From positions 1 through 31,954 of IMG/VR virus record IMGVR_UViG_3300044216_003401: a stretch of DNA of 31,954 nucleotides, one strand, 5' to 3'. Below, piece by piece: positions 1 to 8,481 of this stretch (positions within the stretch are counted from its first letter, which is position 1; every line of letters starts with the position of its first letter). The notes under the pieces are model-generated. The model worked only from the letters and a program-made list of their open reading frames with translations. It ran no database searches and was not told where the DNA came from. The translations under genes and the position numbers were made by a program. This stretch comes from a virus. Taxonomy: Duplodnaviria; Caudoviricetes.

Positions 1-382
1 TTAAAAGAAATACTGCCTTTAATAGACCAAATTCAACTTCTTTTCAAAGAATAACAACATCATTTGAATATATTGATAAATAAAAGACAAAATTATTAAA
101 ATCGTCTTACAATCCCTTGCATACAGTAAATATTTATTTGCAAAAACACTTGATTATATTTTAAATATAATATAATATAGAATCATATATAAGAAATTAT
201 ATATAACTAAACAATAACAGGAGAAAAAAATGAAAAGTATTTATCAGATGACAGTTGAAGAATTAAAGAACTGGAACGAAAAGATAAATCAAAAAATGGT
301 TAAGTATCAGAATAGTCCAGTAGATATGGATCAATTGTGGGAACTTAAAAGACGAGTACAAAATCAAATCAAATTAAGAGAA
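1..382. repeat. Imperfect terminal direct repeat, left copy
   Basis: Aligns to 31574-31954. The first 97 bp are identical, followed by about 15 substitutions and 1 indel by manual alignment. Confidence 0.95.
150..178 (+). promoter_or_regulatory. Sigma70-like early promoter overlapping a 19-bp palindrome
   Basis: TTGATT(150-155)-17 bp-TAATAT(173-178). ATTATATTTTAAATATAAT lies at 153-171. Confidence 0.55.
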
Positions 383-394
383 ATGGGTTTATAA
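230..394 (+). CDS. Hypothetical 54-aa early protein (not in the ORF track)
   Basis: SD AGGAG, ATG at 230, MKSIYQMTVEELKNW...REMGL, TAA at 392-394. The frame is preserved in the diverged right-end copy. Confidence 0.8.
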   Translation: MKSIYQMTVEELKNWNEKINQKMVKYQNSPVDMDQLWELKRRVQNQIKLREMGL

Positions 395-401
395 ATAACA
401 A

Positions 402-419
402 GGGGGTAGAAATACCCCC
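402..419 (+). other. GC-rich intergenic hairpin with GAAA tetraloop
   Basis: GGGGGTA-GAAA-TACCCCC, with no U-tract on the + strand. Confidence 0.7.
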
Positions 420-439
420 ACAACTATAGGAGTAATACA

Positions 440-742
440 ATGAGCAATAAAGTAATAGCAAGACAGAAAATACTTAACGATATGCAAAATGAAGTTCGCA
501 ATATTATTTATGAAGATGATGTTAAGAACGCCCAACAAAGAGATGAGGTTGTAGCTTACTTTAAACAAGCTATGCAACTTAATGAGCAATGGGGTATTTT
601 TGATGCTGGTGAGTATGAACATAACTTTGAAATGGAACAACTTAGAATAAATCCTGAATATAAAAGTCGAGCTATTGTTGAATCTAACTGGAGAAGAAAA
701 AATGATAGACAGATTATACATAAAAGAAAAAGAAATATTTGA
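440..742 (+). CDS. Hypothetical protein
   Basis: SD AGGAG, 100-aa ORF, co-oriented with neighbours. Confidence 0.75.
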   Translation: MSNKVIARQKILNDMQNEVRNIIYEDDVKNAQQRDEVVAYFKQAMQLNEQWGIFDAGEYEHNFEMEQLRINPEYKSRAIVESNWRRKNDRQIIHKRKRNI

Positions 743-923
743 TATTTTACCACCTTTTAAGAAGATCAGAGTTTATTCGATAACTTCAAAAAAGACAGGA
801 ATTGATATTCAATATTTTCCAACAGAATTACACAGTCTTAAAGATGTACAAAAAACTCTTGAAAAAATAGAAGGTCAGTATTTTACGGAATTTCTTAAAA
901 TTTTTGATAACAAAGGACAATAA
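702..923 (+). CDS. Hypothetical protein
   Basis: Track ORF 675..923. The ATG at 702 follows GGAG. Confidence 0.65.
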   Translation: MIDRLYIKEKEIFDILPPFKKIRVYSITSKKTGIDIQYFPTELHSLKDVQKTLEKIEGQYFTEFLKIFDNKGQ

Positions 924-924
924 A

Positions 925-1239
925 ATGATAAAAACATCTACAAGAAAACAAAGATTTATTAGTGATCTTACAAGAACTGATAATTTTACTTATGAAGGAG
1001 CATCAGCTTTATTTGACTGGTTAGAAGATTGGAATATGGATACAAAAGGATTTGCCTATTATAATCCTGATGATATTTGTTATGAATATACAGAATATAT
1101 CAGTATAAGTCATTTTATGAGTGATTATGATACTGATGATTGGCAAGTAAACAATATTGAAGATTTTTTTGAAATACTTGCAGAACATACACAAATTATC
1201 AAGATAGACGATCATCATTTTATAATACAAAATTATTAA
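925..1239 (+). CDS. Acidic hypothetical phage protein
   Basis: ATG at 925 after AAGGA. Contains NFTYEGASALFDWLE...DICYEYTEY and about 21 D/E in 104 aa. Confidence 0.75.
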   Translation: MIKTSTRKQRFISDLTRTDNFTYEGASALFDWLEDWNMDTKGFAYYNPDDICYEYTEYISISHFMSDYDTDDWQVNNIEDFFEILAEHTQIIKIDDHHFIIQNY

Positions 1240-1251
1240 ATTAGGACTTCT

Positions 1252-1271
1252 GGCAAAGGATTGCCTTTTTT
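1252..1271 (+). terminator. Putative weak intrinsic terminator ending the early cassette
   Basis: GGCAA-AGGA-TTGCC followed by T6. Confidence 0.5.
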
Positions 1272-1306
1272 CTTGAAATATCTTTATTTTTACTATATAA
1301 AAAGGT

Positions 1307-1690
1307 ATGCCAAAAATAGTAAACAAAGACGATAAAACAGCATCACTTATTAATCAATTATCAGGACTCGGTATTACACATCAACAAATTTGTGATATAG
1401 TCAAAATATCTAAACCAACATTATATAAATATTATAATGATGAATTACAAGAGGGCAAAGCACAGGCAAATGCTAAAATTGCACAAAATCTTTTTAAGAT
1501 TGCAACAGGATCAGGCAGAGAGGCAGTAACAGCATGTATTTTTTGGTTAAAAACGCAAGCCCATTGGAAGGAAACAAATGTAATAGAAGTCAATGATAAT
1601 ACAGAAGAAAACGACAAATTTAAATCACTTATCAACGATATACGAAACATTAAGTTATCAAAAGAAGATAGCGATAAACCTACTCACTAA
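1307..1690 (+). CDS. terS: Terminase small subunit
   Basis: N-terminal HTH (ITHQQICDIVKISKPTLYKYY), ACIFWLKTQAHWKE motif, directly upstream of TerL. Confidence 0.85.
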   Translation: MPKIVNKDDKTASLINQLSGLGITHQQICDIVKISKPTLYKYYNDELQEGKAQANAKIAQNLFKIATGSGREAVTACIFWLKTQAHWKETNVIEVNDNTEENDKFKSLINDIRNIKLSKEDSDKPTH

Positions 1691-2879
1691 TTGGTACGCA
1701 AAAGCCAGAAAAAGCCAAATTGTTATTGACCAAGATAAATATAATATTTATTTATTTCTTGCTGGTCGTGGCTGGGGTAAGACCTTAACAGGAGCATACG
1801 ATATTGTGCAATATTGTTTGACCAATGAAAATGTAATTTGTGGTGTAGTGGCACCAACATACGGAGATTTAAAAAGGGTTGCATTTTCTGGTGAATCAGG
1901 ACTTATAAATATCATTGATAAAAATCTATTAGATTCAACAGGATACAATAAATCTGCAAATGAAATACATTTTTTTAATGGAAGTAAAATTATTGGCTTT
2001 CCAGCAATCGAACCAGATAGATTAAGAGGAGTACAATTTCATAGGGTATGGTGCGACGAGCTGGCATCTTGGAGATATCCAGAAACATTTGATAATATTC
2101 TTATGGCATTACGACTTGGAAAAGATCCGAAATGTATTATTACGACAACACCAAGACCAATAAAAATAATAAAAGATTTGGCAAACAGATCAGATGTGAA
2201 GATAACCAGAGGGACAACATTTGAAAACATAGATAATCTTGCTCCAAGTGCTATCAAGATGTTAAAAGAACGATATGAAGGTACGACAATTGGTAGACAA
2301 GAATTATATGCAGAAATAATTGATATTAATGAAAATGCCTTATTTACTTACCAGAACATTGAAGAAAATAGAGTAGAACATAAACCAGAAATGCAAAAGA
2401 TTGTTGTTGCTATTGATCCTGCTGTAACATCAAATAAAAATTCAGATGAAACTGGATTAATTGTAGCTGGTAGAGATTTTAATAATAATTACTATATTTT
2501 AGATGATAAATCTGGTATTTTTAGTCCAGATATTTGGATAAAAAAAGCAATTGAGCTATATTATCAATATGAAGCAAATAAAATTGTTTGTGAAGTTAAT
2601 AATGGGGGTGATTTAATTTTGAAATTATTAAGAGTTCAAGATCAAATAGTACCTTATCAATCGGTTCGAGCCAGTCGAGGAAAAATGACAAGGGCAGAAC
2701 CCATATCTAGCTTATATGAGCAAAATAAAGTTCACCATGTTGGACATTTTAAAGAGTTAGAGGAACAAATGTGCCAGTATACAGGTGAAAGTACAGAATC
2801 TCCTGATAGATTAGATGCTCTTGTTTGGGGTATAACTGCTTTACAGTCATCAGGAAATGCTGTTTTTAATATAAACTAG
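1593..2879 (+). CDS. terL: Terminase large subunit
   Basis: Walker A AGRGWGKT, LRG motif, Walker B WCDE, ITTTP coupling motif, RNase H-like AIDPA...DETG...PDRLDA. The start is uncertain because it overlaps terS by 98 bp. Confidence 0.95.
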   Translation: MIIQKKTTNLNHLSTIYETLSYQKKIAINLLTNWYAKARKSQIVIDQDKYNIYLFLAGRGWGKTLTGAYDIVQYCLTNENVICGVVAPTYGDLKRVAFSGESGLINIIDKNLLDSTGYNKSANEIHFFNGSKIIGFPAIEPDRLRGVQFHRVWCDELASWRYPETFDNILMALRLGKDPKCIITTTPRPIKIIKDLANRSDVKITRGTTFENIDNLAPSAIKMLKERYEGTTIGRQELYAEIIDINENALFTYQNIEENRVEHKPEMQKIVVAIDPAVTSNKNSDETGLIVAGRDFNNNYYILDDKSGIFSPDIWIKKAIELYYQYEANKIVCEVNNGGDLILKLLRVQDQIVPYQSVRASRGKMTRAEPISSLYEQNKVHHVGHFKELEEQMCQYTGESTESPDRLDALVWGITALQSSGNAVFNIN

Positions 2880-2888
2880 GGAAAAAAA

Positions 2889-5057
2889 ATGGGATTATTT
2901 GACAAATTTTTTAAAACAAACGAGAAATTAGAAACAAAACAAGCTCCAAAACTTTATTTAAATCAGATCAATGCCTACGAAAGTAAATCTATCAAAGATT
3001 ATAAAGCATTTAGTAAAGACGGATATCAAGAAAATGCTATTGTTTATAAGTGCATCAACTTGATTTCGACAAATGCAAGTGCAGTTCATCTTAATTTGTT
3101 TGATCGAAACAATATAAAAATTGATTCACATGAAATGTTGTCATTATTGAAAAGACCAAATCCTTTACAATCTGGTGTTGAGTATTTTCATTCTCTGATA
3201 AGTTATTTATTGATATCAGGAAACAGTTATATGCTCAAAGACACAGAAGGAATGACAAAACCAAAAGAATTGTATTTATTAAGACCTGACAGAATTAAAA
3301 TAAAAGCTGGTACATCTTATCTTGCTGATGAATATCAGTATATTATTAATGGTCAAATATTGAACAAATACCCAGTCGATCAGGTATCAGGTTATTCAGA
3401 TATAAAACACATTAAATTATGGAATCCTTTAGATGATTTCTACGGATTATCACCAATTATGGCAAGTGCGTATAATGTAGATCAACATAATCTTGCTGGT
3501 CTATCAAATCTTGCTTTATTGAAAAACGGTTGCATGCCAAGTGGTATGTTGAAATTTATGCCAAAAGATGAAACTGGACAAAGTACAACTTTAACAGATG
3601 AACAAAGAGCAAGAATATTAGAAGATTTAGAATTTAGATTTAAGGGTGCAAAAAATTCTGGTCGTGTCATGTTAGCAGAAGGCGATTTTGATTATCAAAG
3701 TATGGGATTATCGCCAAAAGACATGGACTTTTTAGAATTGATTAATATGAGTGCCAGAGAAATAGCATTGGTTTTTGGTGTCCCAGCTCAAATGGTTGGC
3801 ATTGCAGATCAAACATACGCAAATGTAGCAGAGGCAAGATTATCTTTATACGAAGAAGCAATTATTCCTTTACTCAAAAGAATTGAATCTGATTTAAATG
3901 AATGGTTGGTCAATTTTTATAATGAAGATTTAAGGCTTGAATACGATATAGATTCTATACCAGCTATGGCAGAGAAACGCAGAAAAATCTACGAGAATGT
4001 TAATACAGCAGTTAATGCAGGGATTATTACTAGAAACGAAGCAAGAGAACGACTTGGACTAGAACCAATTAATGGTGCTGATAGTTTATTAGTACCAGCA
4101 AATCTTTTTCCATTAGGAGAAACCGAAGACAGTAACGAAGAAGCTGATGATGAAGATAAAAATTTTGAGGACTTTGACCTTTTATATGGTACAAAAGAAG
4201 AAGTCAATAAAGACACATTTACAACAGAAGAAGAGGCAAGAGAACGAGCAGAAGAACTGGGTTGTAATGGTATACATAGTCATTCATATTTAGGTGGACA
4301 AACAGTTTACATGCCTTGTGAAACACATAGAGAATACGAAGAAGCATTAGGTGATGCAAATAAAGCTCTATCTGATTTAGATTTGAAACCAACTGATGCT
4401 ATGGCTAAAGAAGCACAACGAGGTCTTGATTGGCGAAAAGAATTTAAAAGGGGTGGAACACAAATTGGACTTGCAAGAGCAAATCAACTTGTTGACAAGG
4501 AAAATTTATCACCAGATACCGTTCTACGAATGTATTCCTTCTTTTCAAGACATGAAGTAGATAAACAAGCAGAAGGATTTAAAGTTGGTGAAGAAGGTTA
4601 TCCAAGTAATGGTAGAATAGCTTGGTCATTATGGGGTGGAGATGCTGGTTTTTCTTGGTCTAAAGCACGTAGAGATGAAATTTTGCGTGAAAGGGAAAAA
4701 TCTTATCATACTGACAAAGAAGAAGATGAAGAAGAAAAAGGTGCATACGGACTTACAGATACAGTCGAAAAAGGTTTACGAGAAAAGGTAAAAGATCATA
4801 ACGATAAGTACGGTAGTCAAAAAAGTAAAAAAGTAACACTTGGAATGTTGGCATCATCATTTAAAAGAGGAATTGGTGCATACCGTACAAATCCGTCATC
4901 AGTTAGACCAGCAGTGAGAGCATCAGGTGGAGAGGATCGCTGGGCATACTCAAGAGTCAATGCCTTCTTATATGCAGTAAGAACTGGTCGCTTTAGATCA
5001 GGTAAATTTGATTTAGATTTACTTCCGAAAGGACACCCATTGAGTACCAGAAAATGA
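2889..5057 (+). CDS. HK97-family portal protein with a ~310-aa C-terminal extension
   Basis: LLKRPNP, LISGNSY, LRPDRI, YGLSP, IALVFGVP and TRNEARERLGL motifs in the first ~410 aa. Confidence 0.93.
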   Translation: MGLFDKFFKTNEKLETKQAPKLYLNQINAYESKSIKDYKAFSKDGYQENAIVYKCINLISTNASAVHLNLFDRNNIKIDSHEMLSLLKRPNPLQSGVEYFHSLISYLLISGNSYMLKDTEGMTKPKELYLLRPDRIKIKAGTSYLADEYQYIINGQILNKYPVDQVSGYSDIKHIKLWNPLDDFYGLSPIMASAYNVDQHNLAGLSNLALLKNGCMPSGMLKFMPKDETGQSTTLTDEQRARILEDLEFRFKGAKNSGRVMLAEGDFDYQSMGLSPKDMDFLELINMSAREIALVFGVPAQMVGIADQTYANVAEARLSLYEEAIIPLLKRIESDLNEWLVNFYNEDLRLEYDIDSIPAMAEKRRKIYENVNTAVNAGIITRNEARERLGLEPINGADSLLVPANLFPLGETEDSNEEADDEDKNFEDFDLLYGTKEEVNKDTFTTEEEARERAEELGCNGIHSHSYLGGQTVYMPCETHREYEEALGDANKALSDLDLKPTDAMAKEAQRGLDWRKEFKRGGTQIGLARANQLVDKENLSPDTVLRMYSFFSRHEVDKQAEGFKVGEEGYPSNGRIAWSLWGGDAGFSWSKARRDEILREREKSYHTDKEEDEEEKGAYGLTDTVEKGLREKVKDHNDKYGSQKSKKVTLGMLASSFKRGIGAYRTNPSSVRPAVRASGGEDRWAYSRVNAFLYAVRTGRFRSGKFDLDLLPKGHPLSTRK

Positions 5058-5458
5058 GTTATAAATTTGGCAACGGATCTAAAAAAAATCTTGGTACAGT
5101 AGATATCCGATTACAAGAGGTTTGCCAACATGCAATATTTATTTCACCGATTGATTTTGGTATTACAGAAGGACTACGATCAAAGGAAAGGGCTATTCAA
5201 TTATTAGAAGAAGGTAAATCAAAATTAGGTGATAAATCAAAACATTGTTTGGGACTTGCAGTAGATATTGTTTGTTATGATGAACAACATAAAATTACAT
5301 GGGAGATTCCATATTATGAAGAAGTAGCTACATGTTTTGATATCGCAAGAAAAAAGGTAGGTGTTGATATGCGTTGGGGTGGTAATTGGAAAGTAAATCA
5401 ATTTAAATTAGATCCAAATAATAAGTTTGTAGATGCTGTTCATTTTGAATTAGTATAA
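5054..5458 (+). CDS. Endolysin, M15-family (L-Ala-D-Glu-type) peptidase
   Basis: DFGITEGLRS, SKHCLGLAVD, RWGGNW, DAVHFEL. Confidence 0.9.
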   Translation: MSYKFGNGSKKNLGTVDIRLQEVCQHAIFISPIDFGITEGLRSKERAIQLLEEGKSKLGDKSKHCLGLAVDIVCYDEQHKITWEIPYYEEVATCFDIARKKVGVDMRWGGNWKVNQFKLDPNNKFVDAVHFELV

Positions 5459-5462
5459 GGTT

Positions 5463-6542
5463 ATGGAAAATACAAAAGGCGGCAACTTTTCACAAGTTGG
5501 CAAAATACAAACAGATGATTTTGGTAATATTCTTCAATGTCCCTATTGTTATTCGACACATCTAATTAAATGTGGCAATGACGGTAAAACAAAAAATTCT
5601 CCACAAAGATTCAAATGTAAGGCATGTGGCAAAAAAACTGTCAATCCAAAGGTATCAAAACAATACGAAGTAGAAAATCCATTTGAAGAACAAGAATATA
5701 CAACAGAAGAATTGATAGATAAAAGAATTGAAGTTTTTAAAAGACGAGAAAAAAAAGAATTAAATGAAGATTTTTTAAATATCAAAATTAGTGATTCAAA
5801 AGCCATGGGCTTATACATAATGGGAGATCCGCACATTGATGATGACGGAACAGATATGCCAGCAATATTAGAGCATTTAGAAATTACAAATAAAACAGAA
5901 GGTATGTATGCTTGTAATGTTGGAGATTTACAAAACAACTGGGCAAGAAGAACTAAACTAGAGGGATTATGGGCAAAACAGTCGACAACAGCAGAACAGT
6001 CTTGGCAACTTACTGAATGGTTATGTCATGCCACAGATTGGTTATTTATTGTTGCTGGTAATCATGATATGTGGTCAGGAACTGGTGATCCGTTAAAATG
6101 GATTATGAAACCTTTGAAAACAACTTACGCGGCACATTCCATAAGACTTAAATTAAAATTACCAAATCATGAAATAAGAATTAATTGTGCTCATGAATTT
6201 AGAGGACACTCAATTTATAATACAGCTCATGGAATTGTAAGACATGCCATATTCAATAATCGAGATCATTTACTTATTGCTGGACATAGACACATATCAG
6301 GATATATGCCACTTAAAGATGCCGATACGGATATTACCATGCATTGTTTACAGGTTGGTTCTTACAAAAAATATGATGATTATGCAAAACAGTTAAATCT
6401 ACCAAACAAAATGATGTCGCCATGTGCTGTTGCAGTTTTTAATACAAATGTCAAAGACACACACCCAGATTTTGTTAAAATATTTTGGAATGTAAAAGAG
6501 GGAGCAGATTATCTGACTTTTTTAAGAAATGAAAAAGGGTAG
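5463..6542 (+). CDS. Zn-ribbon plus calcineurin-like metallophosphoesterase
   Basis: N-terminal CPYC...CKAC ribbon. GDPH, GD, GNHD, H and GHRH metal-binding motifs. Confidence 0.85.
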   Translation: MENTKGGNFSQVGKIQTDDFGNILQCPYCYSTHLIKCGNDGKTKNSPQRFKCKACGKKTVNPKVSKQYEVENPFEEQEYTTEELIDKRIEVFKRREKKELNEDFLNIKISDSKAMGLYIMGDPHIDDDGTDMPAILEHLEITNKTEGMYACNVGDLQNNWARRTKLEGLWAKQSTTAEQSWQLTEWLCHATDWLFIVAGNHDMWSGTGDPLKWIMKPLKTTYAAHSIRLKLKLPNHEIRINCAHEFRGHSIYNTAHGIVRHAIFNNRDHLLIAGHRHISGYMPLKDADTDITMHCLQVGSYKKYDDYAKQLNLPNKMMSPCAVAVFNTNVKDTHPDFVKIFWNVKEGADYLTFLRNEKG

Positions 6543-6789
6543 ACTTTATATTGTTGACTGGATAGATCACACAGGAAATGCTGGTTGGATTGAGGATATT
6601 GATATTGAAGAACCAGTCAAATGCCGAACAGTTGGCTGGTTCATAACGGAAACAGAAACATCATACAAAATTGCTGATACCATTTCAACAGAAGATGATA
6701 TTGCTGGGTTATCTGTTATAATTAAATCTTGTGTAACTAATATCCAAGAATTAATTATAGATGACGAAGGCAGAAAAAAAACATCTTAA
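6529..6789 (+). CDS. Hypothetical small acidic beta-rich protein
   Basis: 86 aa with VDWID...CRTVGWF. Overlaps both neighbours. Confidence 0.75.
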   Translation: MKKGRLYIVDWIDHTGNAGWIEDIDIEEPVKCRTVGWFITETETSYKIADTISTEDDIAGLSVIIKSCVTNIQELIIDDEGRKKTS

Positions 6790-7048
6790 TAAGGTTGCCA
6801 GTTTAGGCTGTATTGCATGTCGACAAATGGGATATTTTGGAACACCAGCAGAAATACATCATATCAAAGGTAAAAATATGATGAGCAAAAAATCTAGTCA
6901 TTTTGAGGTTATACCTTTATGTCCGTATCATCACAGAACATCTAATGAAGCATATCATCATTCACCTAAAAAATTTACAGAGAAGTTTGGAACACAAGAA
7001 TATTTATTGGAATTAACAAATGAGTTATTAAAATGGCACTCCGCATAG
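6761..7048 (+). CDS. Ref/DUF968-like HNH nuclease
   Basis: TKAEKKHLNKVASLGCIAC, PAEIHH, VIPLCPYHHR. Confidence 0.85.
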   Translation: MTKAEKKHLNKVASLGCIACRQMGYFGTPAEIHHIKGKNMMSKKSSHFEVIPLCPYHHRTSNEAYHHSPKKFTEKFGTQEYLLELTNELLKWHSA

Positions 7049-7809
7049 ATATAAGAAAAGATTACAGAGAACAATTACGATTATTGATAAGATTATCAAA
7101 AAATTTAAAACGCAAAATAAGTGGTTTATTTAATAGATATTCAAAAAGAGCATCAGCAGAATTTAAGGATAACGAAGAAATATCTCAAGAATATTATTTA
7201 GAATTTAGTAATGAATTCATAAATATTATGAGAAGGCATTATCGTGTTTGTATTACAGAACAGTATGAACGAATGACACGAATGAGAACAAAACAAGAAG
7301 AACCTCTTGAAGATGTAATCGAAGCATACATTACATTAAGATTAGGTGCAGAAATATCACAGATAAACAATACAACAAGAAAAAGGATTATTGCAGTCAT
7401 AAGGAATGGATTGTTAGTAGGTGATTCAATACCAGATATTGCAAACAGTATAGAAAAATCATCTGCATTTTCATCAGCAAGAGCAACATTAATTGCAAGA
7501 ACCGAAACTCATAGTGCTATGGGATATGGTTCAAATGAGATTGCAAAAACATTAAATTTTAAAAGACCTCAAAAAATATGGAACGCGGCTCTTGACATAA
7601 GAACCAGAGATTGGCATAGACAAACAAACGGACAAACAAAAAATGCAGATGAAAAATTTGAAATAATAACACCCCAAAAAGGTGGATCGTCATTTGTAGC
7701 ATTATTGGACTATGCTGGTGATCCAAACGGTGGTGCTTTGAATGTGATTAATTGCCGTTGTTTTGTAACACACTATGATGACGAAGACGAAATCATTGAC
7801 ATTGTTTAA
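7033..7809 (+). CDS. Head morphogenesis protein, SPP1 gp7/Mu F family
   Basis: RATLIARTETHSA, KIW...DIRTRDWH, VINCRC. Confidence 0.92.
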   Translation: MALRIDIRKDYREQLRLLIRLSKNLKRKISGLFNRYSKRASAEFKDNEEISQEYYLEFSNEFINIMRRHYRVCITEQYERMTRMRTKQEEPLEDVIEAYITLRLGAEISQINNTTRKRIIAVIRNGLLVGDSIPDIANSIEKSSAFSSARATLIARTETHSAMGYGSNEIAKTLNFKRPQKIWNAALDIRTRDWHRQTNGQTKNADEKFEIITPQKGGSSFVALLDYAGDPNGGALNVINCRCFVTHYDDEDEIIDIV

Positions 7810-8057
7810 TGAAATGTTTCGTTATCTCTATCCAATATCTGTTCTTTTGCTTCGTCAGATGCCATTTTTAAAAGCATCTCAACCTCTTTGAAATTAGGTG
7901 CAAAATTAGCAATCTGTAATAAACTATACTTTATTAGACAAAAAGAATATATTCTAACATCTATATTTTTTCTCTTAACTCTTTTTGCAAGTTTTTGTAG
8001 TTCAGATTCAATGTAACATTCATCTTCGTAAGTTCTTTTTATTTCTTCTTCGGTCAT
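7806..8057 (-). CDS. Hypothetical protein (inverted cassette)
   Basis: 83-aa ORF with an ATGA overlap to the upstream minus-strand ORF. Confidence 0.7.
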   Translation of the reverse strand: MTEEEIKRTYEDECYIESELQKLAKRVKRKNIDVRIYSFCLIKYSLLQIANFAPNFKEVEMLLKMASDEAKEQILDRDNETFH

Positions 8058-8212
8058 TCTACAATCTCAACATAACATGGATTCAATCTTGAATTACCAC
8101 AAATATTGTTTGCATGTGCATCATTAGATGAAAATATAAAAAACAATTGTATCGAAATAACAATACCAAAAAATACACCCATTATTACAAGTAACATATC
8201 TTCTCTTTTCAT
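8054..8212 (-). CDS. 52-aa single-pass membrane protein (not in the track)
   Basis: SD AAGGAG. MKREDMLLVIMGVFFGIVISIQLFFIFSSNDAHANNICGNSRLNPCYVEIVE, with two C-terminal cysteines. Confidence 0.7.
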   Translation of the reverse strand: MKREDMLLVIMGVFFGIVISIQLFFIFSSNDAHANNICGNSRLNPCYVEIVE

Positions 8213-8224
8213 AAAAATCTCCTT

Positions 8225-8302
8225 TTAGTCTTTAATTCTTTTAAGTAAAACAATATTAATAATTATTAATGAAATAATTGTTATAAATATTAATGTATTC
8301 AT
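8225..8302 (-). CDS. 25-aa hydrophobic peptide (not in the track)
   Basis: SD-like AAGGGGG. MNTLIFITIISLIIINIVLLKRIKD. Confidence 0.45.
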   Translation of the reverse strand: MNTLIFITIISLIIINIVLLKRIKD

Positions 8303-8370
8303 CAAAACCCCCTTTTTTTATATTTTATCATTTTATTAGATATTTAACCTTGTCTTTATCTAGTTATTTA

Positions 8371-8399
8371 ATTATATGATATTTTAAATATAATGTCTA
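8371..8399 (-). promoter_or_regulatory. Sigma70-like promoter of the inverted cassette, overlapping the 19-bp palindrome
   Basis: Minus strand TAGACA-17 bp-TATAAT. Palindrome copy at 8376-8394. Confidence 0.7.
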
Positions 8400-8424
8400 A
8401 TTATTTATTAATCAGTATAATCTC

Positions 8425-8454
8425 TTGCTAATAACATTGTCAGCATGGTAGACT
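8425..8454 (+). promoter_or_regulatory. Putative promoter for the protease/capsid operon
   Basis: TTGCTA-18 bp-TAGACT with a TGn extended -10. Confidence 0.4.
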
Positions 8455-8481
8455 TGAAAAAATTGACAAATGGAGATTTTT

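Noticed and set aside
230-382. Diversity-generating retroelement TR/VR pair between the two terminal copies
   Set aside because: The substitutions affect C, T and G as well as A, and no reverse transcriptase is encoded.
1593-1690. terS/terL frameshift fusion suggested by the 98-bp overlap
   Set aside because: There is no convincing slippery site, and overlapping terS/terL starts are common. Only the exact TerL start is uncertain.
5535-5640. IS1-like insertion sequence
   Set aside because: Only a Zn ribbon is present, in frame with a phosphoesterase. There is no DDE domain, terminal inverted repeat or target duplication.
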